Shown here: positions 19,038-27,887 of the stretch, in pieces
How positions within the stretch are numbered: the stretch's first letter is position 1
Layout of the letters: every line of letters begins with the position of its first letter
Source: Lacisediminihabitans sp.
GTDB taxonomy: Bacteria; Actinomycetota; Actinomycetes; Actinomycetales; Microbacteriaceae
Direction of reading: 5' to 3'
Assembly (NCBI GenBank): GCA_025362355.1
Contig: JANYGT010000122.1
Span: forward strand, 1-58,018
Length of the DNA stretch: 58,018 nucleotides
Notes under the pieces: generated by a model
The model's database searches: none
Told to the model about the DNA's origin: nothing
What the model saw: only the letters and a program-made list of their open reading frames with translations
Made by a program: the position numbers and the translations under genes

Positions 19038-20242
19038 GGTTCGCGAGGCCACTGCTGCTCCTTGGCCCCGCTTTCGTCGCCGCGATCGCCTACGTCGATC
19101 CGGGCAATGTTGCCGCCAACCTCACCGGCGGATCCCGCTACGGTTATCTGCTCGTCTGGGTGCTCGTCGCAGCGAGTGTGATGGCCGCGCTCGTGCAATA
19201 CCAGTCGGCCAAACTCGGGATCGTCACCGGTCGAACGCTGCCGGAGCTGCTCGGTGATCGCCTTCGGCGGAGGCCGCGCATCCTCTTCTGGGTGCAGGCC
19301 GAGATCGTCGCCGCCGCGACCGACCTGGCCGAGGTGATCGGCGGGGCCATCGCGCTCGGCCTGCTCTTTCACCTTCCGCTCGTTTTCGGCGGGGTGATCG
19401 TCGGCGCGGTGTCGATGGGATTGCTCGCTCTGCAGAGTCGCTTCGGCCAGCGGCCGTTCGAGTCGGTGATCGTCGGCCTGCTCGCGATCGTCGCCATCGG
19501 CTTCCTCGCCGGACTCTTCGTCACCCCTCCTGACGGGCTCCAGGTGCTGAACGGTCTGGTGCCGCGTTTTGCGGGCTCCGACTCCGTGGTTCTCGCCGCC
19601 AGCATGCTGGGTGCGACAGAGATGCCGCACGCGATCTATGTGCACTCGGCGCTTGCGCGCGATCGACACGGCATGGCGAAGGGGCCGGCCGGCCGTATCC
19701 ACCTGTTGAGGGCGACCAAATGGGATGTGGGCATCGCTCTCACCCTCGCCGGGATCGTCAACGTCGGGATGCTGCTGCTAGCGGCGGTGAATCTCCGGCA
19801 CCTCGCCGGTACCAGCACGATCGACGGTGCGCACGCGGCCATCACCGCGACCCTCGGCCCGGGGGTCGCGCTCGTCTTCGCGATCGGGTTGCTCGCCTCG
19901 GGGCTCGCCTCGACATCGGTCGGCAGCTACGCCGGCGCCACGATCATGGCCGGTCTGATCAAGCGCCGAATCCCCGTATTCCTTCGCCGGGTTCTCACTC
20001 TCATCCCTGCGCTGGTCATTCTCGGGATCGGGGTCGATCCGACCGCCGCCCTCGTCGCAAGCCAGGTCTTCCTGAGCTTCGGCATCCCGTTCGCCCTCAT
20101 CCCGCTCGTCAGGCTGACAAACGATCGCGCGCTGATGGGGGATCAGGCGAACGGTCGATTCATTCGCCTGACGCTCGGCGTTGTCGTGGTGCTTGTTGTG
20201 GCGCTCAACGTCGCGCTGATCGGGCTGACGATCGTCGGGTGA
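19034..20242 (+). CDS. mntH: Nramp-family Mn2+/Fe2+ transporter
   Basis: AYVDPGN (TM1), DLAEVIG, MPHAIYVHS (TM6), SQVFLSFGIPF. GTG start overlaps the rdgB stop. Confidence 0.92.
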   Translation: MRFARPLLLLGPAFVAAIAYVDPGNVAANLTGGSRYGYLLVWVLVAASVMAALVQYQSAKLGIVTGRTLPELLGDRLRRRPRILFWVQAEIVAAATDLAEVIGGAIALGLLFHLPLVFGGVIVGAVSMGLLALQSRFGQRPFESVIVGLLAIVAIGFLAGLFVTPPDGLQVLNGLVPRFAGSDSVVLAASMLGATEMPHAIYVHSALARDRHGMAKGPAGRIHLLRATKWDVGIALTLAGIVNVGMLLLAAVNLRHLAGTSTIDGAHAAITATLGPGVALVFAIGLLASGLASTSVGSYAGATIMAGLIKRRIPVFLRRVLTLIPALVILGIGVDPTAALVASQVFLSFGIPFALIPLVRLTNDRALMGDQANGRFIRLTLGVVVVLVVALNVALIGLTIVG

Positions 20243-20279
20243 GTCGGCCGGCTCTGTACTCCGCGCTACCGTTGGTGCT

Positions 20280-20819
20280 GTGAACAACGCTCCCGAGATG
20301 CCCGTGCCCATCGACGATTCGCCGTCCGATCGCATCGCGCAGGCCGTTGCAAGGTACGGCGAGCCGACGGTGGTGCGAAGAGCGGCGTCCCTGCTCTCCG
20401 GAGGGAACGAGGGCGACGAGTTCTTGCTCTGGGTGGGAGGTCGTCACGCGCAGGGTGTGCTCGACGGTGCGCCGCCGCTGTACTGGCCGGAGGTCTGGGG
20501 TGCGCGGGCGCTGACCTACGTGTGGGATGAGTCCGCGGCATCTGCTGTGCATCGCGGACTCGGCGACCAGGCCTGGCGAGTGCGCGAGATGTGCGCTCGC
20601 GTGGTGTTCCTGCGGAGACTTCCGGAGACGGATGCCCTGCTCGAGATCACGAAAGACGAGGTCGCGCGAGTGCGCTCGGCGGCCGCTCGGGCGCTCGGCG
20701 AGGTCGGGGCCGACGCGGCGAGAGCCGTGCTGGTCGGAATGCTGCAGGACCCCGAGAAAGAGGTGCGGCGCTCTGCCCACGACGCCATCGTGCGCCTCGA
20801 GAAGCGCGCACTCGCCTAG
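20280..20819 (+). CDS. HEAT repeat domain protein
   Basis: Repeats DQAWRVREM, DEVARVRSAAARALG, DPEKEVRRSA. Confidence 0.82.
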   Translation: MNNAPEMPVPIDDSPSDRIAQAVARYGEPTVVRRAASLLSGGNEGDEFLLWVGGRHAQGVLDGAPPLYWPEVWGARALTYVWDESAASAVHRGLGDQAWRVREMCARVVFLRRLPETDALLEITKDEVARVRSAAARALGEVGADAARAVLVGMLQDPEKEVRRSAHDAIVRLEKRALA

Positions 20820-20855
20820 GTGCCCGCTCGGGCACGAGCCCGATGGGCTGGTGAG

Positions 20856-21560
20856 TCAGTCGAGATTCGGGACTGTTTCCGATTCGGTCTCGGCCGGCGT
20901 CTCGACGGTGTTCGACCGCCGTGCCTTCCGGCGCGTCACGAGGTAGTGGATGATCGTCGGGATGAGAGTACCGAGTACAACGGCGAGCAGCACGACGTCG
21001 ATGTACTTGATCACGAAGTCGGCGACCGGCGTGATGTTGCCGAGCAGGAAGCCGACCACGGTGACACCAACACCCCAGGTGAAGGCACCGATCGCGTTGT
21101 AGAGCGAGTAGCGGCGAGGATGCATCTTGCCGACGCCGGCAGCGACCGGCGCGAATGTGCGCACGACCGGCACGAAGCGCGCGAGGATCACGGCGGTGCC
21201 ACCGTATTTGGCGAAGAAGCCGTTGGTGCGGCGCACCATCGACATGCTGATGAGCCCGGTCTCTTTGCGCTCGAAGATACGCGGGCCGGCCTTTCGACCG
21301 ATGAAGTAGCCCGACTCGCCACCGAGGAAGGCGGCGAAGCCGATCGCCAGGGCGACCCACCAGATGTCGATGCTGATCGTGTGTTTGAAGACGAGGAGTC
21401 CGGTGATCAACAGCAGGGTGTCGCCGGGGAAGATGAACCCGATGAGCAGGCCGGTCTCGGCGAAGATGATGGCGCAGACCACGAGCAGCGCCCAGGGGCC
21501 GGCGCCCGTGATGAGCGTTTCGGGGCTGAGCCACGGGATGAGGGCGGAATGCAGCGGCAA
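20856..21560 (-). CDS. DedA family membrane protein
   Basis: IFAETGLLIGFIFPGDTLL, LARFVPVVRTFAP. Confidence 0.93.
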   Translation of the reverse strand: MPLHSALIPWLSPETLITGAGPWALLVVCAIIFAETGLLIGFIFPGDTLLLITGLLVFKHTISIDIWWVALAIGFAAFLGGESGYFIGRKAGPRIFERKETGLISMSMVRRTNGFFAKYGGTAVILARFVPVVRTFAPVAAGVGKMHPRRYSLYNAIGAFTWGVGVTVVGFLLGNITPVADFVIKYIDVVLLAVVLGTLIPTIIHYLVTRRKARRSNTVETPAETESETVPNLD

Positions 21561-21664
21561 GATACTCCAGTCGTCTGTTCACAACAGGGTACTGTGACGC
21601 TGCTGTCTATGCCATGTGTATGCGCTGATCAACCGGCGAAGCCGGATACTGCATGATGGAAGGG

Positions 21665-22876
21665 ATGTTCATTCCCACCCGGGCCGCCGGCCTCGAGACC
21701 CTCGCCGACTTCGTTCCCCGGGCAGGACGGGATTACGCGCGCGATCGCAATCACGACACGGGAGCCTCTCGCGACAACGTTTCCGGCCTTTCGCCGTACC
21801 TCCGCCATCGGCTTCTGACGGAGCGCGAGGTGGTCGCGGCCGTGCTCGAACGCCATCCACTCTCCTCCGCTGAGAAGTTCGTTCAGGAGGTGTTCTGGCG
21901 CACCTATTGGAAGGGGTGGCTCGAGCAGCGTCCCGAGGTGTGGCGGCGGTATCGCCGCGACCTGGCAGAGTTGTCGCCCCCGAACGGAAGTCCTTCACAC
22001 GACTACGAGGAAGCCATCGCCGGGCGCACCGGCATCGACGCGATGGATGCCTGGGTGCACGAGCTCATCGACACCGGGTACCTGCACAATCACACCCGCA
22101 TGTGGTTCGCAAGTATCTGGATCTTCACGCTCGGCCTGCCGTTGCAACTCGGCGCGGACTTCTTCTACCGTCACCTTCTCGACGGGGATGCGGCATCCAA
22201 CACACTCTCCTGGCGCTGGGTCGCCGGACTCCAGACCGCGGGCAAGACGTATCTGGCGACGGCGTCGAACATCTCTCGCTTCACCGACGGCCGGTTCTCG
22301 CCGTCAGGCCTCGCGACGACGGCCCGCGCGCTCGTCGAAGATTCCCTGCCATCGCCGGAAGCGATCCCGACTGCTCATTCTGCGCCAGCAGAAGGACGCA
22401 TAGGGTTGCTGCTGCACGAGGAGGATCTGGATGCGGCGAGCCTGTTCTCCGAGCACCTCTGGCTCGGGTCGGGCAGCGGCCTCGTCGCTGTCGCCGGATC
22501 CGCCGATCCCGATGCCCGGTCGCCGCTTGGAGCCTCGGATGCCGTCCGGGATTTCACGGCGGCTGCCCTCGAGGACGGCGTCGAGCGGGCGTCGCGCGAG
22601 GTCGGGAGACCCGGTCGCGTGCTGCCGGATGCCCTTCCCTCTACGGCACTCGAGTGGGCGGCATCCGAACGTCTGGATACGGTCGTCGTGCCCCACTCTC
22701 CCGTCGGCCCGGTGCAGGAACGGATGCTGACGCTCGAGGCCGCGCTCGGGTCAGAGGGAGTGGCGCTCACGACGGTACGGCGACGATGGGACACCCTCGC
22801 CTGGCCGCATGCTGCTCGGGGATTCTTTCCGTTCCGGGAGCGTATTCCCGGGCTACTGCGCGAACAGGGTTTGTAA
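21665..22876 (+). CDS. Domain-inverted photolyase (NewPHL-like): N-terminal FAD-binding domain, C-terminal reduced antenna-like domain
   Basis: Protein begins with catalytic-domain motifs YARDRN, SGLSPYL, EVFWRTYW, GYLHNHTRMWFASIW, LLDGDAASNTLSWRWVAG. Ends with an alpha/beta segment and WPHAARGFFPF. Confidence 0.8.
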   Translation: MFIPTRAAGLETLADFVPRAGRDYARDRNHDTGASRDNVSGLSPYLRHRLLTEREVVAAVLERHPLSSAEKFVQEVFWRTYWKGWLEQRPEVWRRYRRDLAELSPPNGSPSHDYEEAIAGRTGIDAMDAWVHELIDTGYLHNHTRMWFASIWIFTLGLPLQLGADFFYRHLLDGDAASNTLSWRWVAGLQTAGKTYLATASNISRFTDGRFSPSGLATTARALVEDSLPSPEAIPTAHSAPAEGRIGLLLHEEDLDAASLFSEHLWLGSGSGLVAVAGSADPDARSPLGASDAVRDFTAAALEDGVERASREVGRPGRVLPDALPSTALEWAASERLDTVVVPHSPVGPVQERMLTLEAALGSEGVALTTVRRRWDTLAWPHAARGFFPFRERIPGLLREQGL

Positions 22877-22957
22877 ATTCACTGCATGAGCGAGGTCCTG
22901 GGATCTCGCGTGCGTCACTAAGCTGGCGCCGCGAACTCTCGCAATCGAAGGGACCTC

Positions 22958-23374
22958 ATGTTCGATCTGCACGCGGTAATCGCGTTGGCAACCGCTCAGC
23001 TTGCCAACGCCAATGTCCTGGTGCCTCTTGCGATCTCCGGGGGCTTTTATCTGATCACGGCGATCGCGCTATGGCCGGTTTTCACAAAGGCGGGTCTCGC
23101 GGGGTGGGGGGCCCTGATTCCGATCGTGAACGTTTACCTCCTGGTCAAGATCGCCGGTTATCACGGGGCTCTGACGATCCTCTACTACATCCCGGTTGTG
23201 AACATCGTCGTCGGAATCGTCGTCGCGGTCGGCTGTGGTCGCGCATTTGGCAAGGGAGGAGCGTTCAGCTTCTTCCTGCTCTGGATGCTTTCCCCCCTCG
23301 GCTACTTCATCATCGGCTACGGCCGATCGAGGTTCGTCGGCGACCTCGGCAAACCGGCGACGCTGACGGCGTGA
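22958..23374 (+). CDS. DUF5684-like membrane protein
   Basis: LWPVFTKAGLAGWGALIPIVN and AFGKG motifs, about 4 TM segments. Confidence 0.75.
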   Translation: MFDLHAVIALATAQLANANVLVPLAISGGFYLITAIALWPVFTKAGLAGWGALIPIVNVYLLVKIAGYHGALTILYYIPVVNIVVGIVVAVGCGRAFGKGGAFSFFLLWMLSPLGYFIIGYGRSRFVGDLGKPATLTA

Positions 23375-23440
23375 CCTGCCGTCCGTCGACCGAGCCGTGA
23401 ACGGGCAAAGCAACCGGAGGTCACGAGAACAGTCCGTAGG

Positions 23441-23522
23441 TGCGGAAGAAGGGACTTGAACCCTCACGCCTTGCGGCACAGGTACCTAAAACCTGCGTGT
23501 ATACCAATTTCACCACTCCCGC
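23441..23522 (-). tRNA. tRNA-Leu (anticodon TAG)
   Basis: Reverse strand GCGGGAGTGGTGAAATTGG...CAGGT-TTTAGGT-ACCTG, long variable arm, GGTTCAAGTCCC, acceptor GCGGGAG/CTTCCGC-A. CCA not fully encoded (CCT). Confidence 0.96.
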
Positions 23523-23560
23523 CGAGTGCGTTTCGATTGTAACCACGCCGGGACAGCAGC

Positions 23561-24748
23561 TCAGAGCCGGTCGATCTCGGCGGACTGCTTCGGGATGATC
23601 GGCACGGCGATCGCGGGAACGACCGCGACCAGGAGAAAAGCGATCGGATAGCCGACGAGACCGATCAGCCCGCCGACGAGCGGCCCGACGATGGACGCCG
23701 CGATGAACTGGCCGGTGTTCTGGGCTCCAAGAGCCCGACCCGACCAGGACGGCCCGGCCATCTCGGCGACGGAGGTGAAGGCGAGTCCGTTGTCGGCGAC
23801 GGTGACGGTCATCGCGATCACCAGTACGATCGCGCCAACCTGCCACTCGGCGGCGGCCGCCAGCCCGAGGCCGACCATGACGACGACAGCGGAGATCGCG
23901 ACCCAGCGGAGGGGACGCATCCGGCTCGCGACACGGTCGCTGAGCACGCCGACGGCCACCCGTCCGAGCGCTCCGACGAATTGCGCAACGCCGACGAGCA
24001 CCCCGGCCGCGAGCGTCGGCACGTGCAACTGGGTGATAAGCCAGACCAGCCCGAACACCGAGAGCGTGAACTGCGGCACGACGAGCAGGATCGACACGAG
24101 GTGGATGCGCCAGAGGAATCCGCTCGTCCGATACGGATTGGCGGCCGGCGGCGCGCCGACCGCTTTCGCACCCCTTGGCGGATTCGCGAGGAAGACGGCC
24201 GTGAGAATTACCAGCAGAGCGGTCATCACGAGCGGGATGACGAAGGCGGCCGAGAGTCCGCGGCCGGCCGCGATCGCCGGGACGGTGAGCGCCGCGATGG
24301 TCACACCGAGCGGCTGGCACATCTGCCGGATCCCCATGGCGAGCCCACGACGCTCCTTCGGAAACCAGCCGACGACGACCTTTCCGCTCGCCGAGTTGGA
24401 ACTCGCGGATGCCGCCCCGCCGAGCAGCAAAAACGCCCCGAGCTCCACATAGCCGTGGGCGGTCATCGCGCCTGCGGCAGCGATCGCGACGCCGACGAGT
24501 CCGGCGGCGATGACCCACTTCTCGCCGATTCGGTCGGCCAGCGCGCCCCAGAGGATGAGGGTGAGCACCATTCCCATGGTCGGGACGGCGGCGAGCAGTC
24601 CGGCCTGGGCGAGCGACATCCCGCGTTCCGTGTGCAGGAGGGGAATGAGGAATGCCGGCGTCGACACGAAGACGGTGCCGGCGGTCTGGGCGGCGACACC
24701 GATCACGAGGGCCGTCCAGGCTTTCCGGGTGCGGACGGCAGGCGGCAT
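23561..24748 (-). CDS. MFS transporter
   Basis: About 12 TM segments, WGALADRIGEK motif A, WFPKERRGLAMG. Alternative start at 24775. Confidence 0.9.
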   Translation of the reverse strand: MPPAVRTRKAWTALVIGVAAQTAGTVFVSTPAFLIPLLHTERGMSLAQAGLLAAVPTMGMVLTLILWGALADRIGEKWVIAAGLVGVAIAAAGAMTAHGYVELGAFLLLGGAASASSNSASGKVVVGWFPKERRGLAMGIRQMCQPLGVTIAALTVPAIAAGRGLSAAFVIPLVMTALLVILTAVFLANPPRGAKAVGAPPAANPYRTSGFLWRIHLVSILLVVPQFTLSVFGLVWLITQLHVPTLAAGVLVGVAQFVGALGRVAVGVLSDRVASRMRPLRWVAISAVVVMVGLGLAAAAEWQVGAIVLVIAMTVTVADNGLAFTSVAEMAGPSWSGRALGAQNTGQFIAASIVGPLVGGLIGLVGYPIAFLLVAVVPAIAVPIIPKQSAEIDRL

Positions 24749-24842
24749 GCTCTCGAGTGTCGTCGGCCTCCCCATGGTTAAACGTTAGCGGTGCCCGTTG
24801 CTCGGGAGGTCACTCCCACTGGCCCCACGGCGGCCATCACGC

Positions 24843-24886
24843 GTTAACCCGGCGGTAAGCAGTCGGCCCATCGATCTTCCTAACCT
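24843..24886 (+). promoter_or_regulatory. Candidate PHO-box-like direct repeats plus -10 element for the neuA-neuB operon
   Basis: GTTAACCCGGC|GGTAAGCAGTC (11-nt spacing), then TAACCT at 24881-24886. An extra GGTCACTC lies at 24808. Confidence 0.4.
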
Positions 24887-24944
24887 CAGTGAAACGAAAC
24901 GCGCAAAGAACCGCTAAACGAACGAGACCGCAGTTGGGGGCTGG

Positions 24945-25685
24945 ATGAACGTCGTCGCCGTCATCCCGGTCCGAGGCGGGTCGAAGGGCGTCAGAGGCAA
25001 GAACCTCCGCCAGGTCGGGGGAGTGTCCCTGGTGGCGCGGGCCGTCATCGCCGCGCGGTCGAGCCTCGCCATCGACCGAGTGATCGTCAGCACGGATGAC
25101 GCCGCGATCGCCCTCGAGGCGACATCCGCCGGCGCGGGGATCGTCGAGCGCCCCGCCGGATTGGCGAACGACACGGCAAGCTCCGAATCCGCCCTCCTGC
25201 ATGCCCTCGACTCTCTTGATCAACCGGTCGACGTGCTCGTCTTCCTTCAGGCGACCTCGCCATTCATCGATGTCGCCGCGCTCGAAGTCGCCATCGCGCG
25301 AGTGCTCGGCGGTGTTCACGATGTCGTCTTCTCCGCCGTCGAATCGCACTCCTTCCTCTGGACTGCGGATGCCGGCGGCGTCAACCACGACCCCCGCACC
25401 CGCCAGCGCCGCCAGGACCGCGAACCGCAGTTTCGCGAAACCGGGGCGTTCTACGTCCTTCGGGCCGCCGGGTTCCGCGCCGCCAGGCACCGGTTCTTCG
25501 GATCCATCGGCATCGCGCTCGTCGACGACCGCACCGCCCTCGAGATCGACACAGAGGTCGATCTCGAATTCGCCAATGCCATCGCACCGAGCATCGATGG
25601 GCGCCTGGACGGGCGCATCGAAGACGGTATCGACACCGAAAAGTGGGAGGAATCATGGTCGTATCCATCGGCGGCAGGGAGATAG
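24945..25685 (+). CDS. neuA: Acylneuraminate cytidylyltransferase (CMP-nonulosonate synthetase)
   Basis: IPVRGGSKGVRGKN, VSTDD, LQATSPF, RRQD, ETGAFY, EIDTEVDL. Confidence 0.9.
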   Translation: MNVVAVIPVRGGSKGVRGKNLRQVGGVSLVARAVIAARSSLAIDRVIVSTDDAAIALEATSAGAGIVERPAGLANDTASSESALLHALDSLDQPVDVLVFLQATSPFIDVAALEVAIARVLGGVHDVVFSAVESHSFLWTADAGGVNHDPRTRQRRQDREPQFRETGAFYVLRAAGFRAARHRFFGSIGIALVDDRTALEIDTEVDLEFANAIAPSIDGRLDGRIEDGIDTEKWEESWSYPSAAGR

Positions 25686-26527
25686 GCGCAGGCCGGCCCG
25701 TCTACGTGATCGCGGAGATCGGGCTGAATCACAACGGCGACGTCGACCTGGCCATGCAACTCATCGATGTCGCCGCGGAGGCGGGGGCGCAGGCGGTCAA
25801 GTTTCAGAAGCGCACGCCATCCGTGTCGACGCCCGAGCACATGAGGAGCGTGCCGCGGGAGACTCCGTGGGGGCGGATGACCTACCTCGACTATCGCTAT
25901 CGCGTCGAGTTCGACCGCGAGCAGTACGTCGAGATCGGTGATTACGCCACGGTGCGCGGGCTCGACTGGTTCGCCTCACCCTGGGACGAGCCATCCGTCG
26001 ACTTCCTCGAGGACCTGAACGTCTGCGCGCACAAGGTCGCGTCCGCCTCGGTCACCGACCTCGGACTGCTTCGTGCGCTCGCGGCGACCGGCAAGCCGAT
26101 CATCCTCTCCACGGGCATGTCGACCATGGACCAGATCGATGCCGCCGTGGACGTGTTCGACCCGGCGAAGTTGGTCATCCTGCACGCGACATCCACCTAT
26201 CCGCTGCCGCCAGAAGAGGCGAACCTGCGGATGATCGGCACCCTCGGAGATCGCTTTCCCGGCATTCCGATCGGCTATTCGGGCCATGAACGTGGACTGC
26301 AGATCTCCCTCGCCGCCGTCGCACTCGGGGCGTTCGCCGTCGAGCGGCACATCACCCTCGATCGCACGATGTGGGGATCAGACCACGCCGCGTCGCTCGA
26401 GCCGCAGGGTTTCGAGCACCTCGTGCGCGACATCCGCGTGATCGGTGAAGCGATGGGTGACGGAGTGAAGCGGGTCTTCCCCGGCGAACTCGCGCCGCTC
26501 GCCAAGCTTCGCCGGGTGCTCGCGTGA
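25655..26527 (+). CDS. neuB: N-acetylneuraminate/Kdn synthase family (NeuB/SpsE), no C-terminal SAF domain
   Basis: IAEIGLNHNGD, AVKFQKR, KVASA, ILSTGMS, GYSGHE, ERHITLDR, GSDH. SD GGAGG before ATG 25655. Confidence 0.92.
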   Translation: MVVSIGGREIGAGRPVYVIAEIGLNHNGDVDLAMQLIDVAAEAGAQAVKFQKRTPSVSTPEHMRSVPRETPWGRMTYLDYRYRVEFDREQYVEIGDYATVRGLDWFASPWDEPSVDFLEDLNVCAHKVASASVTDLGLLRALAATGKPIILSTGMSTMDQIDAAVDVFDPAKLVILHATSTYPLPPEEANLRMIGTLGDRFPGIPIGYSGHERGLQISLAAVALGAFAVERHITLDRTMWGSDHAASLEPQGFEHLVRDIRVIGEAMGDGVKRVFPGELAPLAKLRRVLA

Positions 26528-26543
26528 AACGTCGGAGTCCGTC

Positions 26544-27875
26544 ATGAGCGATCCCGTCAAACTCCTCGCGGTCGCCGATTCGGATTCCTACGTCAAGTGG
26601 GGCGCCGCTCTCCTCTCACGTGCGCCGGCAGGCTGGGACCGTCGGCTCGTCGTGCTGGCGAGCCCGGTTCTGCCGAGCGCCGACCAGCTTTCCGCGGCTC
26701 TCGCAACCTCCGGTCGCAGCTTCGCGCGGCCGGCCGTGATCGACCTCGCCGCGCTCGCCGTCCGGGTGGCGAAGCAGCAGCCGGATGTCGTACTCCTCTC
26801 GGTGCGCGGCCCCCTGGTGAAGGTGGTCGTGCGCGCGATCGTCGGTGCCGCCGCACGTAGGCCCGTCATCGTCACCGGGCTACCCGGCATCTCGGTGCCG
26901 GCGACCCGCAAAGCCGTCGCGCACCGCGCCCAGGCCGACCTCTTCGTCGTACACTCGCGGCGTGAGCTCCGCGAGTTCACGGCCCTCGCGGAGACGATGC
27001 GGGTGCCGCAGCAATTCGCGCTTGCGACGCTACCGTTTTTACCGCCCCCCGTCCCGGTCAGGGTGCCGTCGCCCGCCTCCTCGCCCGGACTCGCCGGCGA
27101 CATCATCTTCGCCGCGCAGGCGAAGGTGCCCGCGCTGAAATCGGAGCGGCTCGCGCTGCTCGGCTGGCTCGCGGAGTCGGCACGGCGGCATCCGTCGATC
27201 CGTGTAGTCATCAAGGTGCGCGCGACCCACGGCGAGCAGCAGACCCACGCCGAGACTCACGACTATGCGGCGCTGCTGCCGTTGCTCCAGCAGCCAGCAC
27301 CCGCCAACCTCGTCGTCGAGGGCGGTGCGATGTCGGCGCATCTGGCCACGGCCGGCGGGCTCGTCACGGTGAGCTCGACGGCGGCGGTCGAGGCGATCGC
27401 ACTCGGGCGGCCGGTACTGATCCTCGGCGACTTCGGTGTCGATGCGGAGATGATCAACACCGTCTTCATCGGCAGCGGGCTCATCGGCGGGTCGAGCGAT
27501 CTCATCGACGGTGATTTCCGGCATCCGGATGCTGCGTGGCTCGACGACAACTTCTTCCACGGTCAGGGTTGCGACGACTGGGTGGCCACGGTCACGGAGC
27601 TGCTCGAGCAACGCGCGAATGACGAGCTGCCGCTGAAGGTACTGCAGCGTGGCACCGCCGGCGGCAGACTCCGCAGGGCCTGGGATCGCAAGCGCGCGCT
27701 CGGCAGGTTCGACCGTTCCTGGACCGGGATGCTGGCACTCGCGATCGGGATGCCCCTGCTGATGCTGTTGCGCGCGCGCCGAAAACTGCTGCGCCGCGCG
27801 GCACCGGCCGACGGTGAGCTCGCGGTCACATCGCCCGAGGAGTCGTCGCGCCCGCTGGGGTCGTCGACTCGCTGA
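26544..27875 (+). CDS. DUF6716-like putative glycosyltransferase/polymerase
   Basis: AVADSDSYVKWG, VTGLPGIS, FAAQAKVP, GEQQTH, VTVSSTAAVEA (GT-B-like), context with neuAB. Confidence 0.72.
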   Translation: MSDPVKLLAVADSDSYVKWGAALLSRAPAGWDRRLVVLASPVLPSADQLSAALATSGRSFARPAVIDLAALAVRVAKQQPDVVLLSVRGPLVKVVVRAIVGAAARRPVIVTGLPGISVPATRKAVAHRAQADLFVVHSRRELREFTALAETMRVPQQFALATLPFLPPPVPVRVPSPASSPGLAGDIIFAAQAKVPALKSERLALLGWLAESARRHPSIRVVIKVRATHGEQQTHAETHDYAALLPLLQQPAPANLVVEGGAMSAHLATAGGLVTVSSTAAVEAIALGRPVLILGDFGVDAEMINTVFIGSGLIGGSSDLIDGDFRHPDAAWLDDNFFHGQGCDDWVATVTELLEQRANDELPLKVLQRGTAGGRLRRAWDRKRALGRFDRSWTGMLALAIGMPLLMLLRARRKLLRRAAPADGELAVTSPEESSRPLGSSTR

Positions 27876-27887
27876 ACCCGGATCGAT

